The notes beneath the pieces were generated by a model. That model was not told the DNA's origin. It saw only the letters and a list, made by a program, of their open reading frames with translations, and did not search any database. From an uncultured Acetobacteraceae bacterium (lineage in GTDB: Bacteria > Pseudomonadota > Alphaproteobacteria > Acetobacterales > Acetobacteraceae): a DNA stretch of 24,000 nt. The position numbers and the translations under genes are program-made. The stretch spans positions 30,343 through 54,342 of the forward strand of contig CAXTWC010000014.1 of the NCBI GenBank assembly GCA_964247805.1, written 5' to 3'. Shown here piece by piece: positions 13,732 to 21,819 of the stretch; position 1 is the first letter of the stretch; each line of letters begins with the position of its first letter.

Positions 13732-15338
13732 CCCTGGACCGACCGTTGGGCCGACCCCTGGGCCGACGCGACGCGCTGATCGCCGCGGGGGCTGCCTGCG
13801 TCGTCATACCGGCAGGGTCCAGTGCTGCCTCCCCCATGCCGGGCCAGTTGCTAGGCGCCGACGCAGCGCTTGGTCACCGCTTGCGCAGTGGCAGCCTGCC
13901 CGAGCCGACGCAGACGGAACAGGCGGAGGTGGTGGTGATTGGCGGCGGTGTCGCAGGCCTCTCGGCGGCTTGGTGGCTGCGGCGCACCGGCGTTGAAGAT
14001 GTGCGCGTCGTCGAGCTGGAGCGCGACGTGGGGGGCAACGCCGCAAGTGGCCGGAACGACGTTTCCGCCTACCCGTGGGGCGCGCATTACGTCCCGCTGC
14101 TAACGGCGGAATCGGTTCATGCGGCGGCGCTGTTCACCGATCTCGGCATCATCACCGGTCGTGATGCGGCAGGGCTGCCGATCTACGATCCATTTGCTCT
14201 CTGCGCCGACCCGCGCGAGCGGCTGTTTCGCAATGGTGCCTGGCAGGAGGACCTGCTGCCCGACGAAGGCGTCTCCGAGACCGACCGCGCGCAATACGCC
14301 GTCTTTTTCGCCGCCATGGACTCCTTCCGCGCCGCACGAGGAACGGACGGGCGCAAGGCCTTCGCGATCCCGATCGACCAGAGTTCGGCCGACGAGCAAT
14401 TCCGGGCGCTCGACCGCATCAGCATGGCAGATTGGATGCAGGCGCGCGGTTGGGACAGCGCACCGCTGATGTGGTACGTCAACTACGGCTGCCGGGACGA
14501 TTACGGCGCCGCCGCGACCGATGTGTCCGCGTGGGCTGGCATCCACTATCACGCATCCCGCGATGGCCGGGCCGGTGACGGCGTCAGCCCGCAGACGGTG
14601 CTCACCTGGCCGGACGGCAACGGCCATATCATCCACCGCATGAAGGCGATGCTGGGCCCGGCGCTATGCTCGGCGCTGGCCTGGCGCGTGCAGCCTACCC
14701 CCGAGGGCGTGGCCGTAGATGTGTTCGAACCCAGGCGCAATGCCGCGCGACGGATCGTGGCGCGAGCCGCCGTGCTCGCCGTTCCGCGTTTCGTGGCCAA
14801 CCGGCTGCTCGGTCGCGTCCCGAACCTTGAGCAGAGCTACGCTCCCTGGATGGTCGCGAACGTCACCGTCGGTCGCATGCCAGGCGGTCGAGGCGCCCCC
14901 TTGTGTTGGGACAACGTGATCTACGGCAGCCGATCACTGGGCTACGTGGTGGCGACCCACCAATCCCTGAGGCAAGAGCAACGAGGCACGGTGCTGACCT
15001 ATTACTGGCCGCTGTCCGATCAGTCGCCCGAGGACGCACGGCGCGCCGCCCTCGCCCGCACGCTGTCCGAGTGGCAAGCCATGGTCATGGAAGAATTGCT
15101 GGCAATACATCCGGAGCTGGACGGCGCGGTGGAGCGCATCGACGTTTGGCTCTGGGGCCACGGCATGATCCGCCCTACGCCGGGCGCGATTTGGGGGTCG
15201 GCGCGTGCCGCCACCTGCGTCCATGCGCCGCCGGTGTTCTTCGCCCATTCCGATATGAGCGGCATTTCCATCTTCGAGGAAGCAAACGAACGCGGCGTGC
15301 AAGCGGCCGACGCAGCAAGGGCATACCTGCAGGGCTGA
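13728..15338 (+). CDS. FAD-dependent amine-oxidase-family oxidoreductase with Tat-type signal peptide
   Basis: ATG 13728 forms an ATGA overlap with the upstream stop. The N-terminus MTLDRPLGRPLGRRDALIAAGAACVVIPAGSSAASP has a twin-Arg, an h-region and an A-x-A-like site. The dinucleotide fold is VVVIGGGVAGLSAAWWL…VVELERDVGGNA, which is the flavin amine oxidase/desaturase style. Stop is TGA 15336-15338. Confidence 0.8.
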   Translation: MTLDRPLGRPLGRRDALIAAGAACVVIPAGSSAASPMPGQLLGADAALGHRLRSGSLPEPTQTEQAEVVVIGGGVAGLSAAWWLRRTGVEDVRVVELERDVGGNAASGRNDVSAYPWGAHYVPLLTAESVHAAALFTDLGIITGRDAAGLPIYDPFALCADPRERLFRNGAWQEDLLPDEGVSETDRAQYAVFFAAMDSFRAARGTDGRKAFAIPIDQSSADEQFRALDRISMADWMQARGWDSAPLMWYVNYGCRDDYGAAATDVSAWAGIHYHASRDGRAGDGVSPQTVLTWPDGNGHIIHRMKAMLGPALCSALAWRVQPTPEGVAVDVFEPRRNAARRIVARAAVLAVPRFVANRLLGRVPNLEQSYAPWMVANVTVGRMPGGRGAPLCWDNVIYGSRSLGYVVATHQSLRQEQRGTVLTYYWPLSDQSPEDARRAALARTLSEWQAMVMEELLAIHPELDGAVERIDVWLWGHGMIRPTPGAIWGSARAATCVHAPPVFFAHSDMSGISIFEEANERGVQAADAARAYLQG

Positions 15339-15361
15339 CCGCGTACAACAGCGCAAGCTCG

Positions 15362-15823
15362 TCAGGTCGTCCAGGGCTTGGTGGATTGCGGGCAGGACCG
15401 CTCCTCGGCAAGCGCCACGGTGCGCAGAAAGACCAGCAATGCCGCCTGGTCGGAGCGCGCCAGCCACCTTCCACCGAGCGTCAGGACGACCCCGAAGAGC
15501 AACATGCCCGTGATGCCAAGCGCCAGCACGCCGACATCGGTCGTGCCGTGCTGTAGCAACTCGCCGACAGCCTGAACGCCGGTTTCGAGCGCGAGTGGCC
15601 CCAGCATGAGCACCCAGAATGCCAGGAAGGCCCAAACAGCCGGGCTCATGCCGACGCTGACCTCGAAGCAGGTTCCATCTTGGCAATCCCGCATCCGGCC
15701 GACCAGGCGGGGTTGAAAGGAATTCCGATAGGCGATGCGGCGCTCCACCCGCACCCGGTCTGAACGAACCCGGCCGCGCATCTCGGACGATGGGGCAGCC
15801 AACGCGTCCGCCAATCGACGCAC
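15362..15823 (-). CDS. hypothetical membrane protein (Arg-rich N-terminal region + ~3 hydrophobic helices)
   Basis: GTG 15823 to TGA 15362. Position-3 GC is high. Helices: SPAVWAFLAFWVLMLGPLAL, VGVLALGITGMLLFGVVLTLGG. It is convergent with the end of the polyamine operon (23-nt gap). The start is uncertain; an ATG at 15781 is also possible. Confidence 0.5.
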   Translation of the reverse strand: MRRLADALAAPSSEMRGRVRSDRVRVERRIAYRNSFQPRLVGRMRDCQDGTCFEVSVGMSPAVWAFLAFWVLMLGPLALETGVQAVGELLQHGTTDVGVLALGITGMLLFGVVLTLGGRWLARSDQAALLVFLRTVALAEERSCPQSTKPWTT

Positions 15824-15993
15824 GCAGTCCGCCCGTGGCAGCGGCGAGAACAGGTCCAGGATCTATCTCCTGCATACTATGAAGGCTTGATCTAAACCTG
15901 ACATACCAGCCACCCAAGTGATCGGAGCGGCGACCTGATGCCCTCTGCCGAGATGCAAGGTTCATCTCTCACGCACTGCAACGGTGGACGGCC

Positions 15994-17568
15994 CTAGGCG
16001 TGCGGCAGGTCGACGCGGAAGGCGGCTCCTCTAGTTGCGGGCAGCAGCGTCACCTGGCCACCTGCTCCTGTCACCAGAGCGCGCACGATCGGTAACCCTA
16101 GACCCGTGCCGCCCCGGTCGCGGGCCGTGGTGAAGAACGGCTCAAAGACGTCCGCACGGTACGAGTCGGGGATCCCCGGTCCGTCATCCGCGACGGTGAT
16201 CTGCACCCACGGTGGCGCGCTCCGTATCGCGATGTCCACCGCTGCACCCGGCGCATGGGTTTTTGCATTGTCCAGCAAGCTGGTCAGCACCGCATCCAAC
16301 GCGTCGGGCGCGATCGCCACCCGGCCATCGCCGTCGCACGCCACGACCAAGCCGCCTGCCCTGAACCGATCGGCCACTTGGAGGATGGTCGGGGCGACCG
16401 CGATGCCGAGCCTGTCCTGCGGCATGGCCCCGGCAACATCGGCGCGCGCCAGTTCCACTAGGCGCCGCACCAAGTGGTCCAGCCGGTCGGCTCCTTCGCC
16501 AACGAGCCGCAGCAAGCGGGCGCGTTCGGCAGGAGCCAGGGTGTCGGCGTGATCCTCGAGCAGCTCTCCAGCACCGCGGATGGCCGCCAGCGGCGTCTTG
16601 AACTCGTGCGACACGCCCGCAGCGAGCCCGGCCACCGTGCCCGCCCGCCTTGCCAGGGTGTCCGCCATCCGAGTGAGCGCGGTGGACAGGGCAGCGATCT
16701 CCCGTGTGCCGGGCCGGGCCAAAGGCGCCATGCTGCCACCTGCCGCGACGATACCGGCTTGGGCGACCACCTGCCCCAGCGGCCTGGTAACCAGGCGGGA
16801 GATCGCCGCCGCCAGCCCAAGGCCACCCGCCAGCAGCAGTGCCAGCAGAGCCGCGAGCGCCTCACGCTTGCCCCAGAGCGCGCTGCCCAGCGTGTTGGGC
16901 GTGCGCGACAGCACGACGGCACCTAACACGCCGCCAGACTCATTGGTGACCGGCAAGGCCACGAACACGCGAAGCCTGGCCACCCGGCTGATACCACCGG
17001 GCACGATGCGCGCCGGTTCTCGCCGGTGCATGCCGGTTGCCACGGGCGCGCCAGCCAGGACGGCAGCGACTTCCGGCCAAGCCGCCAGACTACGGCCACC
17101 GTCGCTGCCCGTGCTGGCAACGATCACGCCGTTGCGGTCGGTGATCCGCAGGCTGGATAGGGTCACGCCCTGGGCGTCATGCAGCACGGGCGCGATCGCT
17201 GTCCCGGCTGCCTGCACGGCCGGGTCAGGCGGGCTGCCTGGGGCGTCGTCGGGCTGGGGTGGGAGCACGGGGTCGCTGGCCAGATCCAGTCCCGGGCGGC
17301 GCGCAAGGTGCAGCGCGGCTTCGGTCGGTTGCGCCGGGCCATCCAAAGATTGCGGGACGGTTGCCGGGCGCAACCGCTCCCGCATGTCCCCAGCCAACAC
17401 GGCGGCCTGCGCGACCAGCTCCGACTCGGTTTGCCTGACCAGGGCGCTCTCATACAGGCGCAAGGCCCATAGACCCCCGACGGGCAGGGCCAACACCGCC
17501 AAATTGCTGAGCAGCAGCACCGTCCGCAGCCGGGGCGGCCGCTTGCGGTCAAGGCGCCCCCAACTCAT
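15994..17568 (-). CDS. two-component sensor histidine kinase (2-TM, periplasmic sensing domain; possibly CreC-like)
   Basis: ATG 17568 forms an ATGA overlap with the response-regulator stop. H-box is VSHEFKTPLAAIRGAGELL, N-box is LLDNAKTHAP, G-boxes are VADDGPGIP and GGTGLGLPIVRAL. TM helices are near residues 17-37 and ~240-262. Confidence 0.9.
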   Translation of the reverse strand: MSWGRLDRKRPPRLRTVLLLSNLAVLALPVGGLWALRLYESALVRQTESELVAQAAVLAGDMRERLRPATVPQSLDGPAQPTEAALHLARRPGLDLASDPVLPPQPDDAPGSPPDPAVQAAGTAIAPVLHDAQGVTLSSLRITDRNGVIVASTGSDGGRSLAAWPEVAAVLAGAPVATGMHRREPARIVPGGISRVARLRVFVALPVTNESGGVLGAVVLSRTPNTLGSALWGKREALAALLALLLAGGLGLAAAISRLVTRPLGQVVAQAGIVAAGGSMAPLARPGTREIAALSTALTRMADTLARRAGTVAGLAAGVSHEFKTPLAAIRGAGELLEDHADTLAPAERARLLRLVGEGADRLDHLVRRLVELARADVAGAMPQDRLGIAVAPTILQVADRFRAGGLVVACDGDGRVAIAPDALDAVLTSLLDNAKTHAPGAAVDIAIRSAPPWVQITVADDGPGIPDSYRADVFEPFFTTARDRGGTGLGLPIVRALVTGAGGQVTLLPATRGAAFRVDLPHA

Positions 17569-18251
17569 TCACATGGCCCTAAACGGTAGCCGAAACCGGG
17601 CAGCGTCTCGATTGGTGCGGCGCCCAGGGCGGCGAACTTGGCGCGCACGCCTCGCACGTGGCTGTCCACGGTCCGATCGCTCACCACCCGGTCGGTGGCA
17701 TAGGCGCGGTCCATCAGTTCGTCGCGGGAGAACACCCGGCCGGGGCGAGCCAGCAACGCGCGTACCAACCCCAATTCGGTAGCCGTCAAGGCAACTTCCG
17801 TCCCGTTCCAGGTGACACGGAGCGTGTCCTCATCCAACGCCAGCCTGCCCCGTCGGCGGATGGGCGTGGCGGGCGCTGCCGGTGCACCGACCCGGCGCAG
17901 CACGGCGCGGACACGCGCGACCAGTTCGCGCGGACTGAACGGCTTGGCGATATAGTCGTCGCCGCCGACCTCCAGCCCCACGATACGGTCAACCTCCTCG
18001 TCACGGGACGACAGGAACAGGATCGGCACCACGCTGGTGCGGCGCAAGGCCCGGCAAACGTCGATGCCGTCCAGCCCGGGCATGGTCACATCCAGCACCA
18101 ACAAATCGGCCCCGCTGGAGGCAAAGTGGTCCAGCGCCGCTTGGCCATCGACGGCTTCCGCGGTGGCGAACCCGGCCCGGTCCAGGGCGAAGCGCACCAC
18201 TTCGCGGATGGCCGGGTCATCGTCGACTATCAAGATTCGGGGCGTGGTCAT
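17565..18251 (-). CDS. OmpR/PhoB-family DNA-binding response regulator (possibly CreB-like)
   Basis: ATG 18251 (MTTPRILIVDDDPAIRE…). The phospho-acceptor context is LLVLDVTMPGLDG, then SSRDEEVDRIVGLEVGGDDYIAKPFSPRELVARVRAVLRR, then a winged-helix C-terminus …GFGYRL. The 54 residues upstream in the track ORF are unlikely to be coding. Confidence 0.9.
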   Translation of the reverse strand: MTTPRILIVDDDPAIREVVRFALDRAGFATAEAVDGQAALDHFASSGADLLVLDVTMPGLDGIDVCRALRRTSVVPILFLSSRDEEVDRIVGLEVGGDDYIAKPFSPRELVARVRAVLRRVGAPAAPATPIRRRGRLALDEDTLRVTWNGTEVALTATELGLVRALLARPGRVFSRDELMDRAYATDRVVSDRTVDSHVRGVRAKFAALGAAPIETLPGFGYRLGPCE

Positions 18252-18261
18252 GAGACGTATT

Positions 18262-18321
18262 TGCACGCGATCTGCACAGGAACGCCACGGGATCCGCACG
18301 GCCGCCGCATACCGCCTGCAT
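18262..18321. promoter_or_regulatory. array of six nGCAy pentamers at exact 11-bp phasing (candidate response-regulator binding sites, cre-tag-like)
   Basis: TGCAC 18262-66, TGCAC 18273-77, GCCAC 18284-88, CGCAC 18295-99, CGCAT 18306-10, TGCAT 18317-21. The array fills the 86-bp gap between the divergent regulator (ATG 18251) and creD (GTG 18338). Confidence 0.5.
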
Positions 18322-18337
18322 CCTGGAGGCCCATCGA

Positions 18338-19717
18338 GTGGTCTCCACGACAGGATCTCCGCCCATGAGCGACACTCAAGCTGCCCCGGCCCGCTACGAC
18401 TGGCTTGCCTCACCGATAGCGAAGCTGGGCCTCATCCTGCTCCTGACTCTGCTGCTGCAGATCCCATTGCTGGCCGTGTCCAGCTTGATCGGCGAGCGGC
18501 AGGACCGGCAGGACCAGGTCACCGCCAGTATCGGCCGAAGCTGGGGTCCGCCCCAGACCATCACGGCACCCACCCTTGCTGTCCCATATACCTGGACCGA
18601 GCCAGCCACCAATCTGGCGCCAGCGCAACGCCGCCGGGGTTGGGTCCAAGTGCCACCACACGATGTCACGCTCAAGGTGCAACTTTTGCCAGAAACGCGC
18701 CGCCGCGGCCTGTTCCGGGCTACGGTGTATACTGGCACGGTGCAGGTCGAGGGCACGCTGGTCATACCGCCTGTCGAGTTGAAGGACATGCCCGGTGCTG
18801 AGTTGCTGTGGAGCGAGGCTGTGATTGCCGTGGGCGCCAGCGACCTGCGCGGACAGCCGCCTGGCGGCACGATGAGCGTGAGCGGACGTGCGCTGCCGCT
18901 CTCCGTCAGCAGCAGCGGTGAGGTGTGCGGCGCCACGGCCATGGTATCTGCTGGGTTGGCCGGACCGCCATCGCCCGGCACGGCGATCTCATTCGCCACC
19001 AAGCTGTCGCTGCGCGGCACGCAATCCTTCGCGGTCGCACCCTGGAGCAACCGCACCGACCTCACCGTTGAGGCGCCGTGGCAGACGCCCAGTTTCGGTG
19101 GCGCCGCCCTTCCACTGTCCTATGGGATCGAGGCCGCGGGCTTCCACGCCGACTGGCAAATCGAGGGCGACGCCATGGCAAGCAACTGGCGCACCGGCCC
19201 CGCCCCGTTGCCGACCTGCTCGGTGGCCGGAAGCGGCGCTGACGTCAGTGTGGACTTGCTGGAAGCGGTACCGACCTACCTGATGGTCACCCGGGCGGCC
19301 AAATACGGCACGCTGTTCCTGGTACTATGCTTCCTGACCTATTTTCTGATCGAGCAAGGGGCAGCCTTGCGCATCCATCTGGCGCAGTACGGTCTGCTCG
19401 GGCTTTCGGTGGCCTTGTTCCCGCTCCTGCTCCTCGCTGTGGCGGAGCCTCTGGGCTTCACCGTCGGCTATGGGGCCAGTACGGCGGCGGTCATGGCGCA
19501 GGCTTCGCTCTATACCTTGTCCGTGACCGGCCGCACTCGCCCGGCGCTGCTGTTCGCCGGGGTTTTGGGGACGTTGTTCGCGGTGCTGTTCGTGATCCTG
19601 CAGCTGGAGACCTACGCCCTGCTCACCGGCACGGTAGTACTGTTCCTGGTGCTGTCCGTGATCATGGCGACGACCCGCCGCCTGGATTGGAGCGGCCCGA
19701 CCACGCGGCGTGCTTGA
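18338..19717 (+). CDS. creD: cell envelope integrity / inner membrane protein CreD
   Basis: GGAGG (18325-18329) lies 8 nt before GTG 18338; ATG 18365 is an alternative. The N-terminal TM is followed by LIGERQDRQDQVTASIGRSWGPPQTITAPTLAVPY, which parallels the E. coli CreD N-terminus as I recall it. A large periplasmic domain and ~5 C-terminal TM helices follow. Confidence 0.85.
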   Translation: MVSTTGSPPMSDTQAAPARYDWLASPIAKLGLILLLTLLLQIPLLAVSSLIGERQDRQDQVTASIGRSWGPPQTITAPTLAVPYTWTEPATNLAPAQRRRGWVQVPPHDVTLKVQLLPETRRRGLFRATVYTGTVQVEGTLVIPPVELKDMPGAELLWSEAVIAVGASDLRGQPPGGTMSVSGRALPLSVSSSGEVCGATAMVSAGLAGPPSPGTAISFATKLSLRGTQSFAVAPWSNRTDLTVEAPWQTPSFGGAALPLSYGIEAAGFHADWQIEGDAMASNWRTGPAPLPTCSVAGSGADVSVDLLEAVPTYLMVTRAAKYGTLFLVLCFLTYFLIEQGAALRIHLAQYGLLGLSVALFPLLLLAVAEPLGFTVGYGASTAAVMAQASLYTLSVTGRTRPALLFAGVLGTLFAVLFVILQLETYALLTGTVVLFLVLSVIMATTRRLDWSGPTTRRA

Positions 19718-19810
19718 TTTCAACGCAGAGGCGGCCAGCGTGTCCCCTGGGTTCTCGCCAGTCATGCGGGCCGTCTCCTGTGGTAGAACTCGGGAAGGAG
19801 GCGAACTCAC

Positions 19811-20518
19811 ATGACCAGCGGTGTCGGCGTGGATGCGAACCGCAAGGCGAAGATGACGCGCGCCTTATCCTTTCCCGTGAGCTCATCCGCCACGCTCCTG
19901 AAGCGCGCAGCAGCATATCTCGCCGCAGCCCTGGTGATGGTCCAGCCCGGGGTGCTGGCGCAAGCCCAGCCGACAACCAGCAGCACGAATGAGGACGCGC
20001 ACCCGGTCTGGCCCACTGATGCTTGCAGCTATTGGGAAAACCAGGGTGTGCTGCTGTTCTTTCAACCGGGCAGCGCCGTTCCGCTGCGTCAGGACCGCGC
20101 CAATGTTCTGCTGGACCATATCGCCGCCGGTTGGCGGGAGGACCGCGGTTTCGTGCTGATCGAGGGCCATTCCAGCACGCTGGAGTCGCCATCGCAGACA
20201 GCGATGGTTGACCGCCGCCGGGCCGAGGCCGTGCGTGACGGCTTGGTCGCCCGAGGCATCCCCGCGAGGCTGATCTGGGTCAAACCCATTGGTGCCGCCA
20301 TGCCGCTCGTGCCCGGCGCAACGGCGGAGGGAGACGACCGGCAGAACCGGCGTGCGGTGGTGTTCAATACGCGCCGCGGCGAGGCCTGCCAGGCGCACAG
20401 GCGCTATCTGCGCCTGGCCTGGTTCGGCACCCACTGCATGCCGGTTCCTCCATCTGCCTCCGACGTTGCCGCTGCCAGTTGCGCCCGTGCGCTGGACGAG
20501 GCGGAGCAAGGTGATTGA
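19811..20518 (+). CDS. OmpA-like peptidoglycan-binding domain protein with signal peptide
   Basis: GGAGG lies 9 nt before ATG 19811. The signal h-region is AAAYLAAALVMVQPGVLAQA. The OmpA_C-like core is IEGHSS…MVDRRRAEAVRDGLVARGIPARLIWVKPIGAAMPLVPGATAEGDDRQNRRAVV. Confidence 0.8.
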   Translation: MTSGVGVDANRKAKMTRALSFPVSSSATLLKRAAAYLAAALVMVQPGVLAQAQPTTSSTNEDAHPVWPTDACSYWENQGVLLFFQPGSAVPLRQDRANVLLDHIAAGWREDRGFVLIEGHSSTLESPSQTAMVDRRRAEAVRDGLVARGIPARLIWVKPIGAAMPLVPGATAEGDDRQNRRAVVFNTRRGEACQAHRRYLRLAWFGTHCMPVPPSASDVAAASCARALDEAEQGD

Positions 20519-21075
20519 CCTGGCGTCTCCTGACTGCTGCGCTGGCGCTAGCCTGCATCGCCGCCGCCCCGGCCAACCGGGTCGCCGGTCCGATTGCCGC
20601 CGCGGTGGCTGCGGGGGCTCAGACGATCAGCACGGTCGCCGAGGGCGCTCCTGGCGGAACACTGACCTGGGCGAGCTGGGCGGAGCAGGTACCACCAATC
20701 GGGGTGGCGCAGAGATGGACGACCCATTTGGTTCTGCTGCGCCAGACGGGCGTCAGGGTTCGGCCGGTGTGGCATTCCCGGCGCCCTGACGGTTACGAGC
20801 CGGTGCTGCGGGTCTTGCCCTGGGTGATGCATAGCCACCCTGTGTTGCTGCTGCAGTTCCAGTACGGCGCGGCCTTTATGCGTATGGAGTTGTATGCCGT
20901 GCAGCCGGACGGCCTTCCGGCCATGCGGGGCAGCGTGGAGGGTTCGTGGATCGACCTCTCCCATAATGGTCCGGATTTGATCCTGATGGCGCACTCGTCG
21001 TCCGATCTACAGGATCCACCACGGTGCTACGGATGGGAAGGCGCGGCCGCCAAGCTGTCGGCGCACCCGTGCTGA
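20515..21075 (+). CDS. hypothetical exported protein, possible lipoprotein
   Basis: GGAG (20503-20506) lies 8 nt before TTG 20515, which overlaps the upstream stop (TTGA). The N-terminus is MTWRLLTAALALAC-IAAAP, where LALAC fits the permissive lipobox pattern. No family recognised. Confidence 0.6.
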   Translation: MTWRLLTAALALACIAAAPANRVAGPIAAAVAAGAQTISTVAEGAPGGTLTWASWAEQVPPIGVAQRWTTHLVLLRQTGVRVRPVWHSRRPDGYEPVLRVLPWVMHSHPVLLLQFQYGAAFMRMELYAVQPDGLPAMRGSVEGSWIDLSHNGPDLILMAHSSSDLQDPPRCYGWEGAAAKLSAHPC

Positions 21076-21153
21076 GGCCGTCGGTCACGGCGTTCCTGGC
21101 CGTTACGTCGCTCCTTCCTGTGCCGTTCGCGGTGATATGAGGCTCGAGACAGC

Positions 21154-21573
21154 ATGTTTGACTCGTCCTCTCCTGGCGTCGTGATTGCTGACGAGCGTTC
21201 CGGCGTCCGCCTGAGCCGCTTAGGCGAAGCCAACGAGCTTGGCACCCCGACTCTGATCGAAGTGCGCGCCGGACCATTCGTCGGGGAGATCCGGGATGAC
21301 ACGGTTTGCAATTACGCTGCGTTCCTAGAGCAGCTTGTATTACTGTATGATCGTCTCGTCGGGACGGCGTCATTGGGCAGTTACGAGGGTTTCAGCCTAT
21401 CTCTGGTCGGAGGCGGCGGTGGCGGGATCGAAGTTTCTGCCGTGGTAATCGGAGAGCATGTCCCGTCGATCCGGCTGGCGTTCGAGTTCTCGCTGGATCA
21501 GAGTTACCTGCCTCCGATCATCCGCGGTATTCGCCGCGAGTTCCCTGCTCCAAACCGTTTACGCGACACGTGA
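21154..21573 (+). CDS. hypothetical cytoplasmic protein (139 aa) in a locally lower-GC patch; tentatively immunity-protein-like
   Basis: ATG 21154 to TGA 21573. There are no hydrophobic helices. Contains a G6 run and …LVGTASLGSYEGFSLSLVGGGGGGIEVSAVVIGEHVPSIRLAFEFSLDQSYLPPIIRGI…. Base composition is visibly more A/T-rich than in the flanks. Confidence 0.55.
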   Translation: MFDSSSPGVVIADERSGVRLSRLGEANELGTPTLIEVRAGPFVGEIRDDTVCNYAAFLEQLVLLYDRLVGTASLGSYEGFSLSLVGGGGGGIEVSAVVIGEHVPSIRLAFEFSLDQSYLPPIIRGIRREFPAPNRLRDT

Positions 21574-21819
21574 ACTCGGCGGCAAGGTATGCCGCGCCCT
21601 GCATCGCGTGGACTCGCGCACGGGACAGGACCGCTATCAGCCCGGTGAGACTGGGCGGAGCACATACAGCAGGCTCGATCCCGAGTCGGGCTGGCCCCGC
21701 GTTCCCAGGACACGCCGAGGACGAGGGTGTCGGACCCGCTCTGCCATCGCTCGAAGCCACCATAAAAAGTTCGGTTCCCGTCTCAGTGGTTCCCTGGATC
21801 ACCGGGTAGCACGACTGCA

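Noticed and set aside
15339-15361. Looked for a terminator in the 23-nt gap between convergent genes 13728..15338 (+) and 15362..15823 (-).
   Set aside because: No convincing stem-loop can be drawn. The partial complementarity between cagggctgacc and ggtcgtccagggc does not pair in register.
15951-15969. Inverted repeat GAGATG-n7-CATCTC just downstream of the histidine kinase stop; considered as a terminator.
   Set aside because: The stem is only 6 bp, it is relatively AT-rich, and it has no T/U tract on the minus strand. This is not enough evidence.
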